From Asterias rubens (lineage: Eukaryota): DNA of 64,000 nucleotides. Below are positions 50,283-60,813 of this stretch, one piece after another. The first letter of the stretch is position 1. Each line of letters opens with the position of its first letter. Under the pieces are notes generated by a model. It was not told the DNA's origin. It ran no database searches and saw nothing but the letters and a program-made list of their open reading frames with translations. A program made the position numbers and the translations under genes. The DNA lies in the NCBI RefSeq assembly GCF_902459465.1, contig NC_047075.1, positions 13,764,001 through 13,828,000 of the forward strand. Direction: 5' to 3'.

Positions 50283-53200
50283 CAGATAATACTAAGGTGC
50301 CCATGGTTCAGATGCCATTTGAGACTGAGGTGTTAAATTGTGAAAATGGGAATGATAATGTGCTACTAAGCGAAATAAACCTTAATGCAACGGAAGTTCG
50401 CCGTAAACTCTTAGCCAAATCCCCCACCGCGTCTGTAATTGTAAATGGCATCCCGACTAGGTGTTTACTTGATACGGGGGCAGAAACCTCATTATTGTCT
50501 GCTAAATTTTACCGCGAGCACATCAAAAACACCACAGAGAGACTGCAACCAGTGGGTACACTCATAAAGCTCATAGGAGCCAATGATTTAGAAATTCCCG
50601 TCCAAGGTTACATTGAGACCTCATTGGAGGTATTTGGCTATGAGTTTAATGCTAGTTTTTTAGTGTCTAAAGACAGCGAGTCACCTGTGAATACTGGTCG
50701 CTAAGAGCATTGTCCTGTGTTGCTTGGTTGCAATATATTGAGACACATAGCCTCGAGATTAAATGCAATTAGCACACTGCAATTAGAGCCAGATTGGGAT
50801 CTCGCACTACGCTGGGTTCAGACCAATATATCTGTTGATCAAACTAGTAGTAGCACTGGTCAGTGTGATACAAATGTAGAGTTATGTACAGACTCACGAA
50901 TTGTCATTCCCCCAGGAATGATTAACAAAGTAAAGTGTGTCTTAGGGGGGACCCCACCGACATCAGAGGGTAAAGAATATTATATTCAGCCAACTCCATT
51001 GTGCATGTCAAACAATGGAAGCTTTAGACAAGTCCATTCAGGGCAAGATAGTGATCCATCAACTTTGTGTTATGTACTTGAAGGTATTGGGCAATTTAAA
51101 GGTGCTTTTAGTGAGATATACATAGCAAATGCTAGTACAGAGCCCTTAGTAATTCCAGCTTTTACTCAGGTCGCAGCTATGACTGCAGTTACCCCTGTAG
51201 AGCAGATTTTTCTGGAAAAGAATTCAGATGGGTTTGATGTATCCGTGCACCGTGTTGTCACAGATTTTGTACATGTAGATGAGTCTATTGATTCAAGTAA
51301 TGTTGATGATGCTGATTGTTCTGTTGATCCTGGGAAGAAAGTGCAGGAGTCTGAATCGGAATTGTTTACATTCTCTGATGGGTCAAGTTTCGCTTTACCG
51401 CCTGGTCTTACTCTAAAACACCTTGCTTACCAAGATGCTAGCGCAGCTGCTGAATTAATAAGAAAACATTCAGATGTGTTTACCAGTCACCCATTTGATC
51501 TGGGGTATTGCGACCTCATTCCACATGAAATCAGGTTGCACGATGACACGCCAGTTAATCTACCTTATCGGCGAGTCATCCCCATTCAGATGGGGGAAGT
51601 TAAACAGTTGTTACAAGATCTTTTGGATCGGGGCATTATTCGTCGGTCATCGAGTCCCTATGCCAGCCCGATCATGTTAGTACGCAAAAAGAATGGCCAA
51701 CTGAGACTGTGTATAGACTATAGATGCCTCAATGCGAAAACAGCAAAGGACTCATTTCCTTTGCCTCGGATAGAAGAGACCCTTGAGGCACTCGGTGGGG
51801 CAAAAGTGTTTTCCTCTTTAGACATGGCTCATGGGTATTTTCAAGTTGCGATGCATGCTGACTCGATAGAGAAAACTGCAATAAGAGTCCCCTGGGGACT
51901 TTATGAGTTCCTCCGCTTGCCACAAGGTCTTATTAACAGCCCTAGTACGTTTCAGCGGATAATGGAACACATATTTGGGGATTTGAATCTATCTGAGTTG
52001 ATTTTATATCTAGATGATCTGTTGGTTTTTTCGTCCAGTATTGGGGATTACATTCAGCGGCTCGAGAGAGTTTTCATGCGTTTTAAGCAGTTTGGCCTAA
52101 AGCTTAACGGTTCCAAGTGCCAGCTATTTAGATCATCTGTATTGCATTTGGGACATGTGGTTGATAGCAATGGTGTGTCAGTGGACCCTGATAAGACCGA
52201 ACGTGTGAGGTCTTGGCCTACCCCAATAAGCACCGCGCAACTTAGATCATTCCTAGGCTTAGCATCCTATTATAGGCGGTTTGTGCGAGATTTCGCCAAA
52301 ATTGCCTCGCCGCTCCATGTTCTCACCGGTAAGACCCAAGAAAAAGCAGGGAAGGCCAACACCCCACTCGTTTGGTCTACAGAGGCAGACTTGGCATTCA
52401 CTACTCTAAAAAAGGCACTGTGCGAGGCACCAGTATTATCCTACCCTTGTTTTGGGCATGATTTTGTCTTAGAGATAGATGCTTCGGCAAAAGGGCTACG
52501 GGCTTGTCTGTGTCAGGCTGATGATGATGGTAAGCTCCATCCAGTGGCCTATGCGAGCAGAGGCTTGCGAGGGGCGGAGAAAAACTACACAGAGCTGTCT
52601 AGTTTCAAACTTGAATTTCTGGCCCTCAAATGGGCCGTGTCAGAAAAATTCCGCGACTACCTACTAGGTCACCATACTATAGTTTGGACAGATCATAATC
52701 CCTTGTCTCATCTGAAGACAGCAAAACTCGGGGCCACTGAACAACGCTGGATGGCCCAGTTGGCACCCTTTGATATTGAGATCAAATATAGATCAGGCAA
52801 ATCAAACCGATGTGCTGATGCACTCAGTCGCTATCCTTATGATACTGACAAAGTAGTTTCTGATGCACAACAGTGTAACCTTAGTGTGGAGGGGACGCAA
52901 TTGAGGTCCATTCAAGTTTCACAGACATTGCTTGAGAAAGGTTCCAATGACATACCGGTACCGGACGAGTGCACAGGTTCTTGGTCAACGGTTTTCCCCT
53001 CATTTTCACATGCCGAATTGGCATTGCTCCAACAAGAGGATAAAGCCCTCAAAGTGGTTTGGAGTTGTTGGAAAAGACGTTTGGAACCTGGTCAGGAAAT
53101 GAATAACAATGAACCTCTTACACCTGAGGCTAAGAGCTGGTTGAAAGAGTGGCATAGGTTGATTGAGGGCAAGGGAGTACTTTATAGGTCAATTTCTGAC

Positions 53201-54540
53201 ATTGGACTGGGAACAGTCCCTCAGCTTCTTGTTCCGCTCAAACTTCGCCAAATGATCATAGAGGCAGCCCATGATAAATGGGGACACCAGGGAGTTAACA
53301 GAACACTGGCGTTTATCAAACAACGCTGTTATTGGCCTGGTATGACTGGTCAGGTTAGAAGTCATATTCAAAATTGTTTTCAGTGCACTGTGACAAAAAC
53401 TACTACCCCGACGGTACGCCCACCATTTACTAGCATTCCAGCCACTAGAGCGCCTTGCGATAGATTTTGTAAAACTAGATGCAGGCAAGGGCAACATTGA
53501 GGATGTTCTAGTTCTAACAGACTCATTCACTAAATTTGCTCAGGCCATACCATGTAAAAATCAGACTGCACCCACAGTAGCCCGTGCATTAAGAGATCAC
53601 TGGTTTTGTCACTACGGGATCCCAGCGCAAATTCATTCAGATCAGGGAAAGAACTTTGAAAGTCAGTTGATCAGGGAACTTTGTTCTTTGTACAATATCA
53701 CAAAGACTCGAACTACAGCATACCACCCGCAAGGGAACGGTCAAACTGAGAGGTTTAATCGGACCCTTTGTAGCCTAATCAAATCCCTAGATGCTAAAAG
53801 TTGGTATTCGTGGCCAGGTAGAGCTCCTCCCACATTTAGTGTTCATATATAACACAACCCCCCACAGCATCACAGGCTATATGCCATACACTTTAATGTT
53901 TGGTCGTGATCCAGTTGTCCCTATAGATCAACTATTGAGTAACACTCGGTCTGACTGGAGTGAGCCTGCGATAAAGAAGCAAGCACAGATAATTAAGGCG
54001 ACACACCAGCTCGTTAAAGAGCGCCTTACCAAGGCAGCCGCCGCAAATAAGAGAAATTATGACAAATGCGCAAGAGCTGGAAAAATTTCTGTTGGTGATC
54101 GAGTTCTGGTTAAACAAATGGCACACAAAGAGAGGCATAAGCTTGCTAACATCTTCTATGAACAGACATATGTAGTGGTGCAATGTAATGTAGATGGGGA
54201 CCTTTTCCTTGTTCGTCCTGCAGAAGGTGGAAATTCTAAGTACCCTAAAAGAGTCAGAGGACCCATTGCAAGGGTTACCAGGTCTGTTTTCATCAGACCC
54301 ACCTCACTCTGAACCCCTACTAGATTCAGATGACAGTTGGGTTATTACCTATGACCAAAAGCGGCCTGCGCTCCCACATGATGCACAACCAAATGGGCAA
54401 AAGGAAAGAGTACCATCTCGTACAAATGCGCCAATCCAACCTTCTAGTCATGCCCTCTCTGAGAACACAGCGGGGCCCCGGCGCTCACAACGTCTTCAAG
54501 CAAAACGTTGGGGGAAATGGCCAAATAGTATTACCTAAAT
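50240..54540 (+). pseudogene. pol: Gypsy 2 pol (PR-RT-RH-IN), disrupted
   Basis: PR LLDTGAETS; in-frame TAA at 50702; RT LCIDYR.LN, LDMAHGYFQV, LYLDDLL; RH EIDAS, YASRGL, KLEFLAL, WTDHNPL; IN AHDKWGHQG..C..C, HSDQGKNFE, GQTERFNRT. Frameshifts near 53430 and 53815. Confidence 0.95.
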
Positions 54541-55028
54541 GGTTCATTATCTCTCGGAACACTGAAGTCGTTCCATTGTTTGATTGTTTGTTTAGTAGGC
54601 AGATTATTTGCTTGTCAGCTAGTCGAGTTAGAAGACATATTTGAGTTGTGATAACTTATTTTTAAAGGTGTGATGTTAATGATTAATAAACTGGTTTTTT
54701 TTGTGTATTGACAGTTGCCGGACAGCCAGTTGAGTTTGAGGGTTGCCTCTTGAAGGTGTAGGTTCCTTACCACCTCTACCTCTCTGCTGGTATAGCCGAA
54801 CCCAGACCTTTCCGTTTGATTGGACTAGTAGGAGGTGCTTGGCAACAGAGACTGCCTCCTGTAGGTGTTTGGTACGCTATCCTACTCTGTCTCCTTGCAC
54901 TTTCGCTGTCTCTTTAATAGAAAGGTGACTATACATATTTTTACTTTTTCAATAATTAGTGCTTCACAGTTTTCTGAGCACATGATTTCATTGTTTTCAT
55001 TTTGTGCTACACTATTCGACATTATACA

Positions 55029-55622
55029 ATGTCTGCGCAGATATCGGTATTTTTGTATGGCCATTCTTTTCCTGCGCGTTTAATGCGGCAAGCTCGAGAA
55101 CAGGGCAAAAATGCCAAATCCTTGCTTGGTTTGAGTGACTATTTTAATATTTTTGTAGAAGGGCATCCGGGACTTACCTATCGAAGGATTTTAGGTAATC
55201 TCCCTCATTACTTCTCTGAACTCAAGTCCAAGAGTTTTGATATTTTGCTTATCGATTTGGGCACAAATGATTTGTGTAATCCTGACGACCCACCAGAAAT
55301 CCTTTTTCAGCATGTAGTACAATTTATCGACCAGCTCAGGGCTCATGACATTTCTCCGCAGAAGGTTGTGTTTTTGTCTGTGATTAAGCGGTTCTCTATT
55401 TCCCGTAGAGGCCAGGTTTCATTGACAACCTTTAATCACAGGGTCAAAAAGTTTAATAATCTACTTGCCTCCAAGCTCAAAGATTACCCTGATATGGGGT
55501 TATACAATCAACGGAGGCTTAACCACCCTCGTTTTCTGCGGGATGGTTGTCACCCCAACCCAGGGGGAATGCAGAGGTATTTCCGAGGGGTCAAGGAAGC
55601 TATTTATCGTTGTAAATTGTAA
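55029..55622 (+). CDS. SGNH/GDSL-family hydrolase (esterase), 197 aa, accessory ORF of Gypsy 2
   Basis: All four SGNH blocks are in order: FLYGHSF (Ser), GHPGLT (Gly), DLGTNDL (Asn), RDGCHP (Asp-x-x-His). Uninterrupted ORF. Confidence 0.88.
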   Translation: MSAQISVFLYGHSFPARLMRQAREQGKNAKSLLGLSDYFNIFVEGHPGLTYRRILGNLPHYFSELKSKSFDILLIDLGTNDLCNPDDPPEILFQHVVQFIDQLRAHDISPQKVVFLSVIKRFSISRRGQVSLTTFNHRVKKFNNLLASKLKDYPDMGLYNQRRLNHPRFLRDGCHPNPGGMQRYFRGVKEAIYRCKL

Positions 55623-56429
55623 GGTATTACTGTGATACTACGTGCATTTTTGAATGACTGTTATGCCAAACATTTGTTTTGATTCATTTTTACTGAGACT
55701 GCAAGAGTGCTGGATCTATCAAATTTACCCTTAGTAGGTTTTTGGGACGAAACCCATTATTGGTTTCCTGTACTTGCGCAGTGTCACATTTTTAAGTAAA
55801 CCAGTTGATGATTCTAGTTGAGATATTTGTGGATGCATCCACAACTCGTTTTTTATGTAATTTGCATACTGATGTTAGATGCACATCAGGCTTTGTGCAT
55901 TGTATTACCATTATTTGCTTTTAAGCTATGTAAACTTCCAAATGTGAGTTTATTGTATGCTTATATTATTTTGTATGACATATTGATTGTATTTTGTAGT
56001 AACTATGATTGTGTCATTGGCGAGGACACACATCCAGGAAATTGTGGGAAGGTTTATTGTCGTGCAGAGGGCCAAAGGTTTCACACACAGGTAGAAGATC
56101 ACTCTGTGATGTATTCTTTCTAAAAATGATGCGAAAGACTTTGAAGTTGAAATTAACTTCCTGTGTCTACGAAGAAAGTTTATTATTTAAATCATGCTTA
56201 TTTTGTCCACTGCAGATCATTCGAAGCTTTGTTTCTGACTGGTTGATGGAAAACTGAGTAAAGAAGAAAAAAAATAAATCTAAAAACAAATCTGATAGTT
56301 TTGTGTAGGTTACTGTTTTTTTCCTTGTTAACAATTAGAAAGTTAAAAGTAAAGTTCCTTGTGTTTGTTAATAGGATTATTGCATCTTATGGATCGTTCG
56401 AGGGCGACTGATCCTTTAAGCAGGGAAAT

Positions 56430-57300
56430 TGTGGGGAAATGGACCCATTATTATTTGCAACTTTATTTAAGGTCAGTAGAGGGCGGTGTTTCCCGCTAAG
56501 TCATCATTTTCGCGGACTGGGCCTCTTGATACCTATTTACCGTCATAAAGAAGTTTCTTTTCGCAACACTAAAATAGTGCAACGTTTTATTGAAATAACT
56601 ACTTTTATCAAGATATTGTATTGAAAAGTTGTTCCATATTCAGACTGTGAGTAATGGAACTTAATCTAACCACAAATGTATGATTCTTGGACGTGTGAAT
56701 GTAAAATAAATTAAGTGTTGTGGTCAGCGTAACAATTACGCTATTATCAAGCCAAGAATCTGTTTTTTCCCCGTGTTCTTCATCTTCAACCTTGTCAGTA
56801 TTTTATCATAGACCGTCAGATTATCTGGTGAGTTTTATATTACGTTTTAAACCGATTTAAAAGGTGCATTTTCACTGTCGAAACAATGAGGGTCGTATCA
56901 CTATCATGAGACATTTTTGATTGCTTTTATATGAAACTACATGCACATGTACACGTATACACAGAACAAGGGTTATACGCATAGTAATGGCGTTGCCATT
57001 GAGGATCATGTATTCTGAGTTACAGTATACACTCCCTGTACTTATATGTATTAAATGTACTACATGTACCTGTAACTAGTCTCTATTTATATATTGTATT
57101 CTCCTGTCCTTGTACACAGGCGGTCTTTTTGTATCAATGGTTTGTGGATGCAAATAAAGAAAATCAGAAGATCAAATATTGAAGAAGTGTCTGCTGACTG
57201 ATGAATGACTGGACTCAGCAATTCCTTTTTTTATTAATAAAGAGGGGACCAGGGCCAAGGACTCCCTCAAGTGGCAGGGGGTTATCTCCGTACCTCTACA
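56430..57300 (+). repeat. 3' LTR of Gypsy 2 (left boundary inferred)
   Basis: Preceded by hairpin GGATC..TCGAGGGCGA..GATCC and purine tract AAGCAGGGAAA. TGT start, AATAAA at about 57152 and 57235, ends CTCTACA. Alternative starts at about 56042 or 54757 cannot be excluded. Confidence 0.7.
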
Positions 57301-58610
57301 TTTATGTTTACATAGGGGTCTTTGCACCAGGCGCGCCACTACTCTATACTGCCCCTCTTCGGTTTCTTCGCAAACTAGACTGAAAACTGTGACTTTCACT
57401 TTGAATAATTCTTCAAAGTGATGCAGGTCTTCTAAACAGACACCTTCAGTTGGGCGCTTTTTCATTTCTTTGGTGTATCTATCTACGCGGTACATGGTGC
57501 GGGTTTCTAGGGCGGTCGCAGAGTAGCCTTGTTTTAGCGCGAGACATCTAAACAAACAAAAATTATCCCGGTATCTTGCACCGGAGTTACGACTTCTGAT
57601 TAGATTGTTTAAACCCACATTGTTTGAGATGTAATCGGGTAGTTCATGTGGCGCTGCACCTATGTAGAACAAGGGCATTTTGTTTGCATAAACGGTGACG
57701 TTAGTGATATCGGCAACGACCCACTTTGTGTCTGGACGCGTGTGTAGGGTGTGTTGTAGTACGTCCATATCGCATACTTTTTGGACGAAGTTTTCAAAAT
57801 CGTCTTCTGAAGCTATAGTGATGGGGTGGGTTAAAAAAAGGCCGTTGTTAAAACTAGAATGGTAATAACGCAATTCGCCAGACTCTATATTTCGTAAAAC
57901 AAACCCAAAGGACAGGTTCAGTTTTACTCTACACGAAAAAGTTGGGAAAATACCCCTTAACCCCTCGACCAGTGGTACGCCATTTGTGAGCAAGGGTTGG
58001 CGCCGTCCCCAAACGTAAATTGTAAACATCTTGAGTCTGACAGCGGTACAGATAATGGGTCCTAATACTACCCCAGTTTCTACGATAAAGAGATATCATC
58101 TCATTATCCCTATTGTTATTATTTTGGGGAATCGAAAACGCGATTGAGTCTTCGGGAACTAGACTGGCGGCTTGGGGCGGCGCAGGTTGTGAATTATGTG
58201 GAAGAGGGTCATTTCTCTGGGGTTGGCGAGAGTCGTGTCTTTTTACATGGCGCTTAAAACTTACTGAGTTGGTAAATGTTTTTCCACATGTGGTGCAATC
58301 CCTCTTATACCCAGAATGAACTTCTTGGTGCTGTTTTAGAGTGTATTTTCGGGCACATGACTTTCCACAAGTATCACAAGTAAACCTATTACTGGCAAGA
58401 CCGTTAGTTTTACTTAAATACGACCTATTACTAACCGACTTTTTCTTCTCACGCCGGAATGTAGGCTCTTTGTCAGGGGTTCTCCGTCTCTTCGATCTTG
58501 CAATCTTCTTTCCACGTGACGGCGCCTTGTCAGGTGTTCTCCGTCTCTTGGGTCTCACGAAGTGTGTTCTTTTGCCAGATGATACATTTGCACCCTTTCC
58601 TTTCTGCGGC
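57301..58610 (-). pseudogene. Polinton/Maverick-like gene: basic repeats, two C2H2 fingers and protein-primed PolB N-terminal region; frameshifted and truncated by Gypsy 2
   Basis: CDTCGKSC...LKQHQEVH and CTTCGKTF...FKRHVKRH; after a frameshift near 58000, KLNLSFGFVLRNIESGELRYYHSS.NN...RPDTKWVV..ITNVT.Y..K...IG...LPDYI.NN...DNFCLFRCLAL, which I recognise from invertebrate Polinton pPolB N-termini. Confidence 0.7.
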
Positions 58611-58846
58611 TGTAAATAAAATATAAAATAAAAATAAAATTAAACAGTGAACTCAGAATGATCAGAGATATATAGTTGTTACTTTTTTGAAATAGGTACA
58701 TAACATGTAACAAGTCTCGTACTTCACGTTAAAACATGGTAAAAATGGTTTTTCCCCGGAACACTCCCAGCCAAAATTCTGAAGAAAAAAAAAAAAGGAA
58801 AAAAAAAAAAATCCTGTAGCCGCTGTTTAAACAATAAACTCTTGTT

Positions 58847-59402
58847 CTATATATGCATACAACACGATTTCGATACACAGATTACACACATATTGTGTGT
58901 GTTCTGTATCGGGGTTGAGTGGTAAATAAGTTTTCTTACCGTGTCAAACGATCTCTTAGGATGTGGAGGTGGCGTTTCTGGGATTCTATCTGGCCAAAAA
59001 GAACAGCCGGGTTGTGGTGGCGTAACCACTCTGCTCAGCTCCGGTGTGTCCGAGGAACTGTCTGACCAGGACAATCGGTCGGGTTCGGTGGAGGTCTGTT
59101 GCCGGTGACGCTGTAAAGAACAGGAAAAACAATCTCAATAAGGCTTCTAAAATTTAACGAGTGTCAGTTTCTACAGGGATTAGTTGTCATTAAATTATTA
59201 AGTTGTTTTCTTTTTGTTCTGTTTTTTGACTTACCTCTTGGATGGTCGCGATTTCCATTTCATCTATCTCCCTGACTTGACTCGCCGTGAAGTCTGGGCT
59301 CCATTCAACCGTCTGCAACGACGCTTCACTTTCCATTCGATCAATCCGCTCCATTTGAGTGACCGTAAAGTCAGGACCCCACTCATAGTTTTTCTGAGAC
59401 AT
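58847..59402 (-). CDS. Small two-exon ORF (143 aa) of unknown function
   Basis: Exon 1 59402-59235 (168 nt), intron 59234-59111 (GTAAGT...TTTACAG), exon 2 59110-58847 in phase 0. Contains a duplicated motif EW(G/S)PDFT..Q...ID.ME. Confidence 0.55.
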
Positions 59403-59760
59403 GGTACTGAAACTTTGTTTCGCCAAGGGTGTCACTATACAGCGCTGATGATCGTGTGGACTGTGCAGCGCTGATGGTATGTGCACGGGTGCAGCGCCGA
59501 CGATGTTTACCCGGTGCAGCGCCGATGATGTGTGAGTGGTCTACCGACTGACACCGCCGTTTTACCCCAAAAACATTTCGTAAAACAAAACCCAAAAAAT
59601 AATTAAATAAAAAAAGAATAAAGAAAGAAAAAAAAAACAAGATGCAAGAGGGCAGCAAGAAAATAATTAAATTAAATTAAAACGCTAGTTCAACTAAACA
59701 CATAACACTAGTCCATACACCTTGTAGACGCTTCCGTCAAAGTTAATTGTGTAATAAACA

Positions 59761-59977
59761 CAAACATTGGCGCCTTCCTTCGTAATTACACAAACAAAAG
59801 ACACTTCTCCGTTCACCTGGTCACACATCCGATGAACCTATTAAAGTCTGTAAAAACAAACATTGGCGCCTTCCTTCGTAATTACACAAACAAAAGACAC
59901 TACTCCGTTCACCTTGTCACATATCCGTTGAATTTAATCACTTAATAAGTTAAGACATAAGCGCCTTCCTTCGTAAT
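59761..59977 (+). repeat. 96-bp direct repeats (2 full plus 1 partial)
   Basis: GCGCCTTCCTTCGTAAT at 59770, 59866 and 59961. Confidence 0.9.
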
Positions 59978-60554
59978 ACATAACACCAAATACAATGATG
60001 ACCCCGGTCTACTAAGACGGGATGGCACTAGAGACAAAGGGCGAGATAAATAAATTTGAATCTGCATACACGCATTTACACGAACACATTATAATCCTCG
60101 ACCAACCCTTTTTATTTCTCCACGACGGCTTGCTTGTCAGACGTCGTGGAAATCAACCGCTTTGTTTTCACTTCGTGAAAATACAACCGAGACGTAGACG
60201 TCTCGGTTGTGCTGGGTGGTTTTGTGATGTGGCGCTTCGTGATTTAAAAAAATCACTAACACACCGCGAACTGAGTACAAACAATAACGGTTTGCACTCA
60301 GTTACACTGTCGTGAGACAACTACTGCGGTGTTTTTCAAACACCACTCAACATAATGCCATGCATAATGTTAACCCCCCTCCCCCACGTATCAGCCCTTC
60401 GGGCCAAACCCCTCACCACTGCGTGGCTCGCCCTAATTACATTAGCCCACCTCCACCAGGGTCGACACACCTCACTTCCAGTCCGGCAAAACAACATTGA
60501 AAACAAGCCATATTTGCTTGCCGGACTGCGATTAGGTGTGCGTTCCTTCTTCAT

Positions 60555-60813
60555 TACTACTCCTGCAGTTTTACTATATCGCAAACAAAGCAATTTCCTG
60601 TCCTGGAATGTTTTGGCCAGTCCTTTTGAATGGTCTGGTTATACCCCTGTTTCTCTGGACCACAGTCCCTAGATGCAGCTTTAGTATGCCTCACATTCCG
60701 TGCACATTTTTTACAAACAGCAGATGGATGTACATCTGGCGAGTCTCTCCAATTCTATTTGTACAGATTCTACAAATCTTTTCCAAAGATACCTGATGGA
60801 ACTTAAAACTCAT
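60555..60813 (-). pseudogene. RAG1-CND/Chapa-like zinc-binding domain remnant
   Basis: MSFKFHQVSLEKICRICTNR then, after a frameshift, DVHPSAVCKKC...DWPKHSRTGNCFVCD. The linker is shortened. Confidence 0.65.

Larger units (their letters stand above)
48975..57300 (+). mobile_element. Ty3/Gypsy LTR retrotransposon 2 (5' LTR almost entirely lost) carrying an SGNH hydrolase ORF
   Basis: 21-bp LTR remnant GGGT-ATCTCCGTACCTCTACA matching 57279-57300, followed by PBS, gag, pol, ORF3 and 3' LTR. Confidence 0.92.

Noticed and set aside
59761-59977. CRISPR-like array
   Set aside because: Eukaryotic context, only 2-3 units, spacers themselves repeated, and no cas genes.
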